DNA of 64,000 nt from Ptychomitrium polyphyllum (taxonomy: Eukaryota), in NCBI GenBank assembly GCA_973851085.1, contig OZ316775.1, positions 20,708,001-20,772,000 on the forward strand. The letters are read 5' to 3'. Positions within the stretch are counted from its first letter, which is position 1. The number at the start of each line of letters is the position of its first letter. Position numbers and translations under genes: made by a program. Shown here in pieces: positions 11,320 through 26,203 of the stretch. The notes under the pieces were generated by a model. It ran no database searches and was not told where the DNA came from. It was given only the letters and a program-made list of their open reading frames with translations.

Positions 11320-14300
11320 CTAAACAAAATATGATGCCGATGAAGTCAAATCAGATAGAACCTGCACGTGAAAGGAAAGAAAAATTTCAAAATTTGGCAT
11401 TGCGTAGTTCTTTATATAAAAGTAAGCAACTGACAGTTTGTCTGCAAAGTAAAAGACTCAGTCTGCAATGATACAGGAGGAAAAAACGCAGTGTATGAGG
11501 TAAAGGCAGGAACTTGCACAGGTTGAAAAAATTACCTCTAATTGCTCTTCGCTGAACATGAGCTTTTGAAATTCCCAAGTGTCTAAATGGGTGCGCCTAA
11601 AATCAGCAATCGTCTTGGTTACTGTTCCACTGATAGGCCATTTTTCGTGATTGAATTGGGCCAATACTGTCACCATTCTGGGAAGCCAACTGAAAGCCAC
11701 ACCTCTAAGGTCAGTAATTTGGGGGTGTTCCGTAAGAAAACCACAAGAATAATAGCTCTCCTGGTGTTGAGAAATAAAATGAAATTCATAAGAGAACAGC
11801 ACCCAACAATCGTTAAATTCAATACACCATAGCTGATAGAATCCTATAACCAGATGAGACTCGCATGGGTCGACAACAAAGCGATTCAAACCGTTTCAAT
11901 TGGGAGTTGCTGTTCTAACAGTTCATCATCAGATACTTATACATGAGTACGTTGACTATACATTATACATAGAATACAAAGAATTGAAGCAAGGGAATTA
12001 CAATATCATGAAAGAACTTACTAATTAAGACAAGCAAGTTTTTAATCGTCTGTTTAAAAAGAATTGATTACCTAAGAAGAACCTAGCATGATGAAGCTTG
12101 CAAGATAACTATCAGAAAGAGCATATGCATTGATTTAAATGAAGAATTGGTAAGAGGAGACAACTTACGTAGGCATATCATAAGGTACAGAAAGTACACA
12201 AGCTACAACACCCAACACAATTCCATGTCTAGTGGCTATAGACCCCGGTTCAACCTTCCTCCTGTACCTCATCAAACATAATAACGTCATGCTTCCAATT
12301 GAAGTGCAACAATCTCTAGTGAAAATCAAGGTGGCCGCTGTCTAGTTAGCTTTTTTGGCGTCTTTAATGACCCCCATCTACATGTTCAGGGAGCATGCTA
12401 TGAGAGGCGAATGCCAGAGTTTTTCAAGTGCCCTTTCTTCATATGCCAATTGTGCAAGCCCTTTGACAAAGCGTGGCCTCAAACTTCCAATATAAGATCA
12501 TTAAATTAGAACTCCCCCTAATGTGGTTGAGAATGGATCAAGCAAAGCATGAGGCTTACAAGACCGAAAAGGATTACACAACAACCTTGTGATACTCTGA
12601 TAGATATATCAATTTCTTAGAACAGGTTTAAAGCACACAAACCTCTTGAAGCCCTTGGTGGCTACTTGAAGGGAGACAGCATCATCAAATGCTTCTTTTC
12701 TGAAACTCTCTCCAAGCTTACTACCAGCACCCTTCATCAACCCTGCTAGGGTTTTCGCAGCCAGCTCCCTAACCTACAATCAGTGATGGGATTTAATATA
12801 CAAAACACACAGGATTTCAAAGTTAGAATTACAACATCAAAGATAACTTTGAACCAGGCAAAAATGCAGCCTTCATTATTTGAGATGCACAAAACCAGTA
12901 AGCGAAAACCAACACACCACTATCAGCTCTCAACCACTAGAGGACATGAATCTATGCATGTGATCCGACTACTACAGTCCAGGTATGAAAGATGCAGCGC
13001 AAAGATACAAATACACTTCGTTATAGTGATAAACTTTGGTTAAGCACTCTTTGCCACACTGCCTACTCAAAGTTTGCCCCGATCACAATGATGCACTACA
13101 TCTTGCTATATTCATCCTTCATTCAAAAATATGTTTCGAGTGAAACCAGGGGAACCACGTGAGACAATTAGGTACCTCTAGCCGTGAATCTGAAAGTAAC
13201 CGTCGAACTTGGTTCCATAAGGCCGAGAGGTCAGAGGGCTCCATGACGAAGGTATGCCTGCACAGTTACATACAACATGAACACTTCACTTATGAGGCCG
13301 AGATTTGCAAAAGCTCAGAACTTGATATCTGTCGGAAATTTGCAACTAAAGTGAAGACTCAAATGATTGAACTGAAGAATTCAAAAGCTAGTATGTAGTT
13401 TTCCTTACTACAGAAAAGTCACTCAAAGTGTAACGCAAGTTTCTAAATATTTTTGGAGGAGCAATATATGCAGCTTACATATAATCCATCAAGATATTCT
13501 AGCGGTTTACTGAGGCTAGAAATCAATTATGAGAGACCTGAACGTGCTAAAATTCACAGGAAAGACGGTTAAGAACCAACACGCAAATAGATATGCTACC
13601 TGAAAACTATGGGTGGTAAGAACGTCAAGGCAGCGACACGCGTATGCCAATTCGTATGTGTGGCTGCCGTCATGATCGCTGTGACTACTCCTTTCAAATG
13701 TTTAGAAGGAAAAAGTTGCCACATCAACAACTGCATGCACCACTTCGCCAAAGCTTTAACATCTTTATCCCATGTGTCCTGCATGACATATACACCTTAC
13801 AGTTAGCTGATGAACTTGAGATTATTACAGAGGGGCTATACCAGAGAGTGGTGTTGGTGAACTTAGCGTGTCTGAAAGAGTAACGCGCAAGACGTCAGAA
13901 AAGTGATTGAACAGCCTTAGTAAAGTAATCAGATATCTTCAATCAATTGTATTAGCAACAAAATAATGGTTTGACCCATGAGCTCACATGAAAAAACAGA
14001 CTCCAATAAAAGTGGAAGCTGAGAGAGAGGAGAGCAAGACCTGCATGTAAAGAATAGGGCAGAGGAGGTCCAGAAGCACTGGCATAAAGACTGATATGTT
14101 CCCTGATCGCACGCTGGCTACAACGAAGTGGAAGGCCTGCACATTCAGGTCAAAGAGTTCTTGATGAAAAAATGAGTGACGTGGTAGGATAACAAACCAG
14201 AATATTCATGTGCAGAATTCAATAATGTGATGTGGTATTATTGAATATCCCAGGTTGAAATTTAAAGCAATGTGGCAGGCCGCCGCAAAGGACCAGGATT

Positions 14301-17300
14301 TACTATTCTATAAGAATGCAAAAACAACCAAGGGAGTTCACAGAAAATAGACATAAAAAATCGATCAGGCTAACCAGTGGCAACGATTGTCAGAAGAATG
14401 CCAGAATCAAGGTACCGTTTCAATGCGTTTGAGAGCTTTCTTGGACGTATCACTCGACGCATTATCACTAGGTGATAATTCAAGGTTCAGTCCCTTGGTT
14501 TGAATGGTTTCAGCTGCAGACCTAGTGCCCTCGATAAGCAATGAAGTCCAATCTTGAACCCTGCTGTGCTCGTCATTGATAATGCGAGTTAGATCCTCAC
14601 TGCTTGAACGTAGCAGGTTTGCACCCAGCTTGCAAATGAGGCTGCCTACAGCTCCTCGCACCTGCGCATTACATCCATGTCAAAATTGGCTCACCAAAGG
14701 GATTGAAAATAGTTCTAGGGTTGCAAAAGATTACAAATACAAGCACTAACGATGAGCAATCATAATCCGTTCCAACAAAAATGGCTCTACTACCACAAAC
14801 AAAAAAGTATCGACTACACAACTTGTACATGTCAAGGAGAAATATAAACACCTGAAAATTAAAATACCTGGGCCGCTGGATGATTCACGTAACCAAATAC
14901 TTCTGTAAGAAGTGCAGCTTGAAACTCAACTTCTTGATCTGGACCAAGCTCGTGAAGAGCAGCTTGTAAAAGCATAAGACGCTTTGTCATAACGCTAGTC
15001 GCTGCTCCTTTTGGTAGGGGTTCGGCAATGCATTCTATGACGCATGATCGAAGTACAGGGCCTTGTTGGCCGGACCGACCCTTCCTCCCCAGTGCATAAC
15101 GGACGCAAGCTGCCCATTCCACTGCTGACTCCACCGTAGCGTGTAGCAAAACATTTCGCAATAGAGGCCGTAACCAATCATGCCAAGCGTCGGTTACGCA
15201 AGCCATGTCTGAAAATCAAAAAACCAATCGCGTCAAATTTTGATCAAAGCAGCGAGAAAACACTTCAGCCACACACACCATTACATCAGTCGAAGTTCAG
15301 ACTCGATTGTTACACCAAGCGAAAATCACAGGTTCTGATTTGATGCGCGATGGAAACTACAACTAACGGAACTCGGAAAAACTCGTGATATACCTGAGCG
15401 AATCAAGCCGGCTATAATCTCTGCTGCTATGCACTGTTTGCCTCGTTCTTCAACAGCTCTAGCAGCATCTTCCAAAGGAGCTCTTAGCTGCTGCAGCACA
15501 GAAATACCAGATTCTCTAACCAGAGACTTGAACAACTTTGCGTAATACAAACTGAACTGCTCTCCAGAGGAGTTGGAATCCCAAGTCCGAGTGTACGGCC
15601 AGTCACGCTTGACAGATGGCATCAAAGCTGTAAGTCCCAAGTCATTCATACTAGAATATTGATAAGCGGAATGCCCCTCTGCATAATTGTGGTCATGAGA
15701 TAGATGTTTCACAACGTTATCACCAAAGTCCTGAGCTAGGAAAATAGATGATATGGTGTTTTCCATCGAGGCTCCATCTGTCATACTCTGTAGTCTTGCA
15801 CTCCCTTTTGTCATTCCATTCCTCATTGTCTTCCGAGGAGCAGGTGGAAGTAGAAACATGAGGGCCATGACAGATAAAGGTCGTAACGCAGGCAAGTCAC
15901 TTGTTAAATTATTTATGAATATACCTGCAGCAAACATTGCGTTTAAAATAATAACTGTTTACATATTCGACATGTTACACTCCTAGACATTTCGAATCCT
16001 CATGAAAACAGGTGACGCTAAAACTCTGAATTACGTAGATTATTACCAGCAATGCTCCGTCTGGTCTTCGACGTAATAGATGAATTCAACTCAGAATTTG
16101 ACGATGAGGGTGGCAGAAGAAGGAATAAAAGCATTCCATGAGCCATTAGATTGTACCTGTTGACATTGACCACATCAATACAGAAAAAACCATGCATCTG
16201 CAGTAAAGCATCCCTCCAAACTGCTATTAATTATTGAAGAAGCTTAAATAACGGACACTGATCTCAGCCGCATCAATCAGAAAGTTGTAAGGGTAACTGC
16301 TTCACTCACCGCCAATGAGTGGAACCAACAGCATCACCAGTATCCAGCACCTTCTCCTTCAATTGCGTTATCATATTGGTATATGATTCCTCTTCATCAC
16401 TTCCTTCTCTTACAGGAACTCCTCGGAAGCAAAAGTTAAACCAACTGAAGACCTGCAATTTCTCCAAGATGCAAAATAATAAGAGAAGTTTCATCTCTAA
16501 CTATTTCATTTTCTAAATTGAATACAAGATCAAGGCTATTCTCAAATGTACCATACATGTCGAAATAATTCATTAAAATTCTTAACCGGATAACGATAAA
16601 CCTCATAAATACATTGTCGACACCATATAGGTTTCAGTAGATGGACGTGAATAGCTTGAAGAGCATTTAGCTTTCGTTCATGTAGAATACGACATTGAGT
16701 TCTAGTCTGGATAAAATTTGCCATGATAGGTGCTAGTGCACTGAAAATAAATACACACCCGGCTGATGGCATCGTGTGTCTTTACAGTCTCCAAATGCTC
16801 ACTGAAATCAGAACGACAACCAATCATCTGCGGTCATGCACTAGACTGGCAAAACAATGAACAATGCAGAAAGAGAAGATCAGATACAATGACCACTTTT
16901 AAAGAATCACATTTAAAGGCTTTCTAAGATTGTTCAGCCACCAGGAAATACTCTGGCTCTCAGCAATAGAACATACTCTAGCTCTTAGCTAAATACTTTA
17001 ATGACTGGAACCAAACAAATCAAGTTTCAAGCCACAGCCCTGACGGTCATAGGCCGTTGTTGATTTGAACACTCAAAGTGCGAGTACACACCAGTAATCG
17101 AGAACTTCTCAGTAGGAACAACAGTAAAGAGCAAGCGACATAAACGAAAAAGCGTGCCATAAGCATAAATATGAAAATTTAGATTCACCTGTTAAGAATG
17201 GCCACCAGAAAAGACGCCATTGCATCCCAGTCCTGCAAATCAGCCATTCCGTAATGACCTTAATAAAAAACTATAATTCTACCACATTACCTTCAAAAAA

Positions 17301-20300
17301 ATATCTACATTACAGGATACTCTTAAAAAGACAAGTTGTGTTTAGTTTGCTGAAAAGTCAGCTTTAAAGGCTTCAACTTACAAAATAAACTGTTTGCCAA
17401 AGAGCCTCAGCCTTCCTACAAACAGACTACTAGGATTCGTGAACATGCATATCAGACCTGCAAAAGGTAACGCATGAATGGTGATCGGACTAGGACATTG
17501 CAGGCACCCATCGCAGCATCTTCTGTAGGCGCTTCCTCTTGAATGGCATCAGTCAACTTTGGAATGCAGTCATTCACCAGCATGGGATACCGCTTTAGAA
17601 GCATCTCAAGTCCACTTCCGGCAAAACTGAACAGACATTCCATATTTAATTAGGCGCAGAGATTTTCTTTAAAATGTTAAAAAGCTTCAATTACCTCAAA
17701 ATTTCTCTTGTACAAGTTATCATCAGAACTCTATTTAATCGTGACCATATTTTCACCAGCGTATTCATCAATCACACCTTCATCACTAACACATATATGA
17801 CCTGGTTAACACAAAAATTAGGACCGGATAAAACAAGAATTAACGTCAATCAAACAGAGGCAGGGAAGGGAACTCACGAGCGCACAGCAGCATAATTGAG
17901 TAAAGATAAATTTAATAGGTCCTTGCATAAAACCGATACTTGGGCTGGGGCAGTAGACAAGTGGCCTCGCCAGCCTACCTTACTGGCTCGCCATGTGAAG
18001 TGGAGCATAGTCCTCTCTACAAGTATCCAAATTGGCCTGCCTCGCTCGATTCCAAAAAACACGTAAGGAAAAAAACAGATCAAGTTCAAGAGAACCTTCC
18101 ATTCTTGCCAATAATATCTTAATGACATAGTAAGCTAACACTAAAATTTGCTTATATGAATGTTGCCCTTTGTTCCAGATGCTCTCTCAGGTATTGCAAC
18201 AAGTAAATACATACCAACTCGTCTAGAGAAAATTGCGCCCAACAATCAGTTATTGTTATCTGATTACACACTCTTAATCAATAAAAAGCTAATGACTCAC
18301 ACCTTCTTCTTCGTTGACTATGACCTCCATTGATGAAGTTGACTTGTGGCTCTGTAACACACTCTGCATCTGCATCCAATGCTTTCCGGTTTGCAACCCA
18401 TGATATGTTTTCCGAATGACCTGTATTAGATCCAGATTAGTGATAAAAACTGGCTTAACCAATAAATATCCTGCAGAATGTTACTCATTGAAGCAAAATG
18501 TATTAAAACTTACCGTAATCTATAATCGATCCGATGACGTCTACCAGCAACTTCAACAACGTGGTATCATCTGCGCGCTTCTTCAGCATGTACCTTAGTT
18601 TGACAATAGCCCAAGATTAGAACTTCCAAACTTCCATCACACAAGATAATCATATCAAATATAAGGACAAGCTTGCTGCAATCTCAAGCCTGCTCACATT
18701 GTAATTTCTTTAATGGGGAACACAGATAAACCATATATGCAGCTCAAGACGTGAAGTGAATATGCAGAGTATTCTTGTGCACTACAGCTTCAGAGTGAAG
18801 CCTATTAAATACTAATCAGAAAGTTCAAAAATGGAGATCACAACAATCCACAATTGAGGCGACCAGGAGAGGGTGAAACGTACTCGCAAGCTTGGTGAAT
18901 AATACACGCAGCTTCTTCACGTAGTGCCGAAGAGCCTACAGTAACTCCAGAAGCTCCAGCCAAAGTTGGAATTGACAACTCCCCAGTTGGATGGGGAAAA
19001 TCAGGAAGACAAGTCCTTAGTCCACTGAACGTAGACTCTATGCGCAGGAGTAAAACTCGTAAATGCTCTTTCAGTTGTCCTGCAGTCATGCAAACGGGAC
19101 TGAAAAGTTGGATGCACGAAAAAGAGAGACAGCAGATATCACCCAGCAAGATAGAAATAGATGATATGGCCATAATTACCTCAAGATTGCCACCGACCAA
19201 AAAATTAAGTTGTTACAGAATAAGGAGAAAAACATAATACACCAAACAAATATTGCCCTACCAGAGATGTCAGTCTGAGGGCCGTCTTGACAAATGCTTC
19301 GAAGGTCTCGTAGTGATCCTCGTAGATGGAGATTTACCAGTTCCTCTGCAAGCTTTATCTCTGGTTCACTAGGAGAATGCCACTTACACATTGTACCTTC
19401 AGGTGGAACGCTGCCACCTTTAGTAGCATACCATGCATCAATCCCATTGTCATTTGCAGCTGCTCTGTTGATGACAACAGATAGTATTAGAATTTCAGAC
19501 TTGAACATAAGCATGCTAGAATTTTGCAAAACTAATATACGGGTCGTGTTAAAGGAAATGAGACACACCGTATTGGAAAATTTTCTGTAACATAGTAACC
19601 AACCAGGCTTCCCAACAAACAAGTGAGAACCGAGCTGCCAGCTGAATTGACCTGTAGAAATAACAAAACAGATATTTATATCAAGCTTCACAAAGTGGTA
19701 CACAACAACAATATCGTGACGCTAAAAATCAAACAAGCATAACTGAAAACATGTACCCTGTACATTTCCTTTCACAGTAGCATATCCCAACATAAATAAC
19801 AATAACAGAAGACTAGCTTATACTTTAGACCCTGTTGGTCCTATATCTGCAGGATGACAAAAAGCACACAGGTTACTCAAACAAATTTATTAGGCAAATG
19901 CACTGGGTATACATTTAAACCCAACCTTAGAGCTAGGGGCATTGAAAGCGGCCGAAATGACTTTCTTGATAAGCTCCCCATGAGGAAGAAGTGCAGCGCC
20001 CCCCCAACCGATCCCCTCAGCCACCGCCGTCAGCTGGAAAACCACTGTGCTCTCCAGGGCTTGTGACAAACCCACCTGAAAGCAAAGAAGAGTATGGGTA
20101 TACGAAGAACAGACCGGCTTATGGATATCTAAATTAATACCAGGATCATTAATTTTATCCGTGCACGAGTAAACGAATCGCAAAAGGAACATACATAAGA
20201 TTCTTCGTCATAGAACTGAGAACAATTCCCACCTTAAAATCAGCACCCTCAGTCCGCACACCATCTCCACTGAATCCAGTAGAAGGAGACTCGGCAAGGG

Positions 20301-23300
20301 AAGAAACAACGGAGTGCATGAGGGGAACAAGTAAGTCTTCAACACTTAATTCAGGATTGGCATAAACAGCAGCTCTACAAAGAGATCCAATTTCATTTGC
20401 TGCCCCAGGCAGTACCGTACTACGCACAAACTTTGACACCATCTTCAAAGCCTGAAATAACGAAAGGTTCATAATAATGGAATGAGTAAATCCTGCGAAT
20501 AATCAACAAGGTAATGCGAAAAATATAAAGATCTCCACAGACTACAGTGAAAGTATCAACGAATCTCCAGTTGCATTAACAATTGCAAACCGGATAACTG
20601 CTAGATTAAGCATAGCCATTCAATATAAAATGAACACTCTGTGGTCCATCCAGTAGCTTTTCCAACCATTGAACAAAAACAAATAGTACCTGATCATAAA
20701 GAGGAGGTGTTGTCCTACAAAAAAGTATGTCAACAAGAGAGTTGTATTGAGACCCACAAACAGTCAGAAATGCGTCATCTGCCTCAGTATCGCCTCTGCA
20801 AATCACACATTCACATTTCGATGAGACAGAAATTTAAAATTAGTGAATCCGCCACAAAACACTAAAGTTGACATTTGTACACCGGCTGTTCAATACTGCA
20901 GTATGAGAGTTTGAGAAATCGCGAACTTACGTGGTAGTCGAGGGCTCTAAGTTAACAAGAAGGACAAAGAGACGAGATAAAAAATTATCAAGCCACTTGG
21001 ACCAATCAATGGGTAACGCCCCACTACCTCCATCCTCCTTTGCTCCCACCACACCAACCTGAGTGCCATGATTTTGCGTTAAAAAGAAAATCACACTAAC
21101 TCCAGACATTAAAAAACGTTCTGGTACAGGAACTACAAGCAACACCGGTTAGTTAGTGTTAATTCAACATTTAATCTGCGCAATCACGACCTGAGCATTA
21201 TCACTAATAAAATATCTGAACAACAAATGTCTCTGAGAGACATCACATGTGTCTATAACTCGATTTCTCCAAAGTGGGATTATATCTAGCACGTCTCAAT
21301 CTATTATAGGACTTTGTAGCCCTACTTCGTACTGCAAGCCACCCAACACAAAGTAGAGGCAGAAGTAGAACAAAAAAGTAGAATTCGAGTGGGATTCTTC
21401 GAACTGTAAACTATAAGTCTTTATCTCTGAAAAGAGATTCGCCTTGGCAAACACATCTCAACTACTTACACTGGAAAGGACAGAGCAATACAGCTCCAAA
21501 GTGGCCAGCGTTTTTGGGGGATCATTTGCATCCAGACCAAGCAGCGTACTGAACATGGCATCCACTATTGTCCTTTTGCACTTTGAAAGTGACTCCCAAG
21601 TTTCAAGACTCATGCCTGCATTTCGGCTAGTTGATGCAAGAAGAATAGGGCGAGCAGCAAATGCTAGAGTTTCCAAGGCAGTCTCCAGTTGGTGTGTGGC
21701 TGTTATCTGTATAAGTTGAAACAATACTACTTCAGGTAGGAGATAGAAAGTAAATACAAGTTACACACCCAACTACTACAATAACGTTTCACAAACCTCC
21801 AGTTCGTCATGAAATAGGTAGGACGCATTTTACCACCCAAACAGTAATTGAATGAACAATCTGTACGGAGACAACAAACTTGAACAGTAAATATTTATAA
21901 AAATCTAGAGTAGAAGATATCCTACATGAACTTACAGAGTCTAAAGCAGTATCAAATGTTGAAACAATGTACGGTAACATCAGTGACGGTTCTACAAATG
22001 CTAGTAAACAGGCAGAGCTGCCAACAGTACTAGTCAAGCTGCTATTCTTGCTGTACTGTCCACGCTCTATCAATCGCATCAATGTTTTCACAAAAGCGGC
22101 TCTTTCAGCAGGGCCCAACGCAACAAGAGTCTTCTCCGAGGATCTGCAACCCATGGCAGGTATTTCAGATAAACAATCACTGTTGCAGCTCTGCAAACAT
22201 ACCGGTCCATTCATATTGCTGGCAAAAGTGAAACTGAACCATCCTTAAGAACAGATGCATCTCAAATTTCATGGCAGATCGAGAACATAAGCCATAGTAT
22301 TATATGGCAGAAATAAAGAGGACACAAAAGCGTCAGCACATTCTTTGAACAATTAGAACATCGGCTTGCAGAATCAGGCCTTCGTCTAGAACCTCCACAA
22401 AAGAGTATTTTCAAGTAGAGACATTCTGTTGGAAGTGGTTTAAATCATACTATTATAAACTCTTTCAATCTTACATAATCGACATGAAAATTGCAGGTTG
22501 ATGACAGAATCTTACCGCTGCTCTTTTGCCAAACGAGCAAGAAAGTAAGCAATTAAATAGCGTAAAAAGCGCTCCAATGATTTCGTCCATGAACCCCCAT
22601 TTGAAGGATGGTAAAACCTAAATTACATGACGAGTTAATTGCAATTAGAAAATGTGTTTTGTCCACAATGAAATTTAAAAAAAAACTCTGGAAAACATGA
22701 GAAGAGAATTGTATTTATTCTTGTTCCCAAGTAGCTTTATACAGGTTGTAGGGCACACGATCAACCCTTCGAGATATTTCCAACCCTTTGACAAGGAAAA
22801 ACATGATGAGATGACATGTGTAAGAACACTTACTGTTCGAGAAGGTCGATGAAAGTCTCAAGGTATCCCTGTGTTGCGCTTCCAGGTTTTATCAAATATA
22901 CCTGTACAACCAAGATCCACCACCCTTTTCTTACAGGCTGCCCAATTTATACAGAAGCTACAATAACAAAGAATAAGGCTCAATCTCCATTCACGAGAAA
23001 AGGATTACCATGCACAAAATACTAAAATCAACAAATCATACATCCAACAGATTGGGAGAAACGACGGTGATGCAATTACAAGAAACCAACTTTACAAGTA
23101 CAAAAAAACATAAACATTGGTCTCGTTGTATAAGTGTACATGGAATGAACATTCATTCTTGCAACCACCAGGTGGTCGCTATCTCAAGGATAGAAAGAAT
23201 ACAAAGGGTTGATCATGGAGTATCATATCCATGAGGCATTATTATAAGATCATTATCATTCTTACAATAGATTTTGCAATCTCCTTTGAGGGTGGCGATG

Positions 23301-26203
23301 CCAATTTGCTGTAGAAGGCTAGAAAAGATTCTCGAGGCACAGACCTATTAACCGGACACCAGGCGCCTGCTTTTCCCACTGGGATCTACATACAAAGCAG
23401 GTGCAGAGCTTATCAATTCCCAGTAATTACAACCATTATTTAGATTAGTACGACATTTATACGGCCATGAATCACATGTAGTTATAATTACATGCTGGTC
23501 CATAGAGATAAATTTCTCAGGATGAGATACGTGTAGGTCAATGTCAGTGCCTAGAGAAATACCCAAGAAATCTGCGAGCATTTTGAAGAATGAAATTTTA
23601 GAGGAAAAATTCCTAGATTTAAGATTCAAACTGACAGACCCTTACCAGCATGCACTACTTTGCTCAGCAAAGCATATTACAGCATTCTTTCCCAATACAT
23701 CAAAATTAAATAGAAAAAGCTTGTACCACATTGCCTGTAGGTTACGTGACACAAACTAATTGACACACAACCATTACAAATCACTAAATCTGTGTCATTA
23801 TTCCCCTCAGGTTTCAAAGCTAAAAGGAAAAAAACTGAGCTGTTCTAGTGAGTTAAGCGGAGGTGAAAACCAACCCTGGTGTCTACTAATGCTTAGAACA
23901 CATGTAATCAAAGAAAGCAACCATTTGCATATATACAGACACATTTAAGATAACTCACCTCAAAGGAGCGCACAAAATTAGAGAATAGAGGCTGTAAGAA
24001 AGGCTTCCAATCAAAAGAGCTCCCCCTAGAACGCTTGATGCAGCGTGCTATGAGAGAAGCCCACTGGAAATTCCAATACCGACAATTCGGCAAACCTGCC
24101 CAAAGGCTTAGGCATTCATTTATCCAAGCGCTGCAAACCATGTTCACAGTAAGCAATACTAAATTGTATTCAGAAAAGAAAGAAAAAAGGACCCAAGTCA
24201 CATTAACAAACACAAAATTCAGTCAGTCTCATCACAAGTAATAGAGTCCTCTACATCAACCAAGAAAATAACTTCTCCCAACATTTGAACAGCTGTATTA
24301 CAACTGCAAGGGAGTAAAGACTGCGTACTCATTTACAACGAACTCAGCGATTAAAGGATGACTAACCAACAAATAAGCGGACATAGGATTATCACGCACC
24401 TCGGCGATTTATTTAAACCCTTCTCTACTTCGTCCATTATTGTCGAAGGCATAAAGAGTGCCATAAAACCCATTGCCTCCAGAGAAGAATTATGTGCAAG
24501 GTCTTCAAATGCCGGTCTGAATCCCCAAACAAAAACGCATGGCAGTATGTCGTTAGTAAAACTGCATTCTCCCTGCCTATACCAACGTCGACATATATGA
24601 CGTGGGCCTCTAATACCATTATTTTTCATACGGTTATCGTGAATTCAATTGTGTCTTTCAGCTCTCTGTATGCTAAGCCTTCAGTTGTTATTTTATGGCC
24701 ACACGACGTGACTGAATCAGTTAGAGAGAATCAAACATATATAACAGAGTAATTCTATGACAGCAAACACATACCGAAATTCATGCCAGATTTCAATAGC
24801 TGATAAGGGTGGAAAGTAACGACGACAGCACCGAACGAGGGCAATTATAGAGCCCAAATGGTCTCCCTTAAGTCCAAGTCCCTCATATGAATACCTCCTG
24901 TGGAATTGCACGCCAATTACATGCAAGCTATATTAGATATCCTGCTCAAATTCAAATTCAAATTCAAATTCAAGTTCAAAGTGAGAACCATGCTGGTTTC
25001 AAGATAAACAATCCATAACAGCTATGAACTTGAGTAGTGAAGTATCGAAATAATACATTTTAAAGTAACAAACCATGTAAGCAACATACAGTTGCTGTAA
25101 ATACAAGACTACAGCATGCTTGCAATGTAAATATTGACACAGCAGTATTTCTTGAGAGAAGACCTCTTAAAGTGGGTCGTTACTAGCAACGTGTAGAAGG
25201 GAAGCCACTTAATCTGCATATCAAGCTTTCGATGTTTCTGTAATACACGACTAATGCAGCGAGCCCATTGGTCCTGGTCCAAAAATCAGCAAGTCAGACT
25301 CAGTAAAAGCATGTTCCAATGGAAACAGGAACCGCAAAATATGGGGAATCTGAACCTTCGCCGTCAGTCAAATCCTTCAAACAAATCAATAATGCAAAGC
25401 CGGGCAATAGATTTCCCTTGGATAACTGTAACGAAAAGCATATAAAGTAGAAAGTAAACTGGGAAGTTCCACGACTAACTCCTCGTAATTTCAGGGTTTT
25501 TTCGTGTCAGAATCTAATGACACATGACTACAGCACCAAATGCGCAGCCTGTCAGAGGTTCTTGAACCGAGATCAAGCATAAACCACAATGAATATCGCC
25601 AATGCCGTATTAACAACACAGAAACCATAAAATCAGAGTCCACACATCTCCTTTGACTTATAGGCACTTCAGAACAAACTATGCTTGAAGGTCAGTCACT
25701 AACCTGAATAAATAGATTATCTGAGGTCTCTAGTAACAACTCAAGACTTAGGTTAATCACATCCTTCAAATCTTGGTTATCCAATGGAGTTTTCGCTTTG
25801 ACAAATCTGCAGTACGATTATTTCAACAAACGTGCTCTCAGCGATATGTTTTACACAAGAAAGAACACCCGTAGCTGTAGTGACATAACAATGACACAAT
25901 AAAGGGCAGAAAGACATACGCATTTATAACAGGAATCCACTTCGTGGTAGCAAGGCGAGCAGCGGGACCGTCCACATGCAATATTTCCTCCCTCATTATA
26001 GCCACCAACTTGTGAAATCGCTGGGGCTCCTCCCTCACCTCCTTTACCATCCACTGAGGAAGCCACGCATTATAAACATGCATCTCTTCTTCTTTCTTCT
26101 CCTCTCCTTTTTTCTGCAATTCAATGGTTGTTTTCATTGGGAAGTCTTCTGTTTCCATATCTGCCAGTACTGGTAATTTCGCAAAGACGTCAGCAAATCC
26201 CAT
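11320..26203 (-). CDS. PA200: Proteasome activator subunit 4 (PA200/PSME4/Blm10), multi-exon
   Basis: N-terminus MHVYNAWLP (ATG 26083; an upstream in-frame ATG at 26203). Conserved blocks in successive GT-AG exons: FVKAK..NLFIQ (~25703-25807), WARC..W.PFY (~25163-25275), RCCRRYFP, YLIKPG (~22830-22900), FYHPSNGGSWTKSLERFL (~22516-22617), LDANDPPKTLATLELY (~21470-21707), STHWR|YNLMA, WHTRVAALTF, VRELAAKTLAGLMKG (~12643-12773), RHGIVLGVVACVLSVPYDMP (12169-12261), WLP..TVTKTIADFRRTHLDTW (11536-11689). Last exon 11320-11361 reads VLSDLTSSASYFV*. Confidence 0.97.
24945..24980. repeat. (TTCAAA)n hexamer microsatellite in a PA200 intron
   Basis: ctcaaattcaaattcaaattcaaattcaagttcaaa read directly. 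Confidence 0.85.

Noticed and set aside
11387..11578. ORF as the PA200 last exon
   Set aside because: The true last exon is 11320-11361 (VLSDLTSSASYFV*), which matches the conserved C-terminus and phase.
16542..16772. ORF segment LHERKLNALQAIH as a PA200 exon or mutually exclusive exon
   Set aside because: The exon at ~16759-16801 (SEHLETVKTHDAISR) has canonical sites, correct phase and matches the expected SHHES.KAQ.AI block. The other segment lacks a suitable donor.
17312..17325. U12-type 5' splice site (gtatcctg on the - strand) in PA200
   Set aside because: It lies inside an intron already explained by canonical GT-AG boundaries and deviates from the RTATCCTT consensus.
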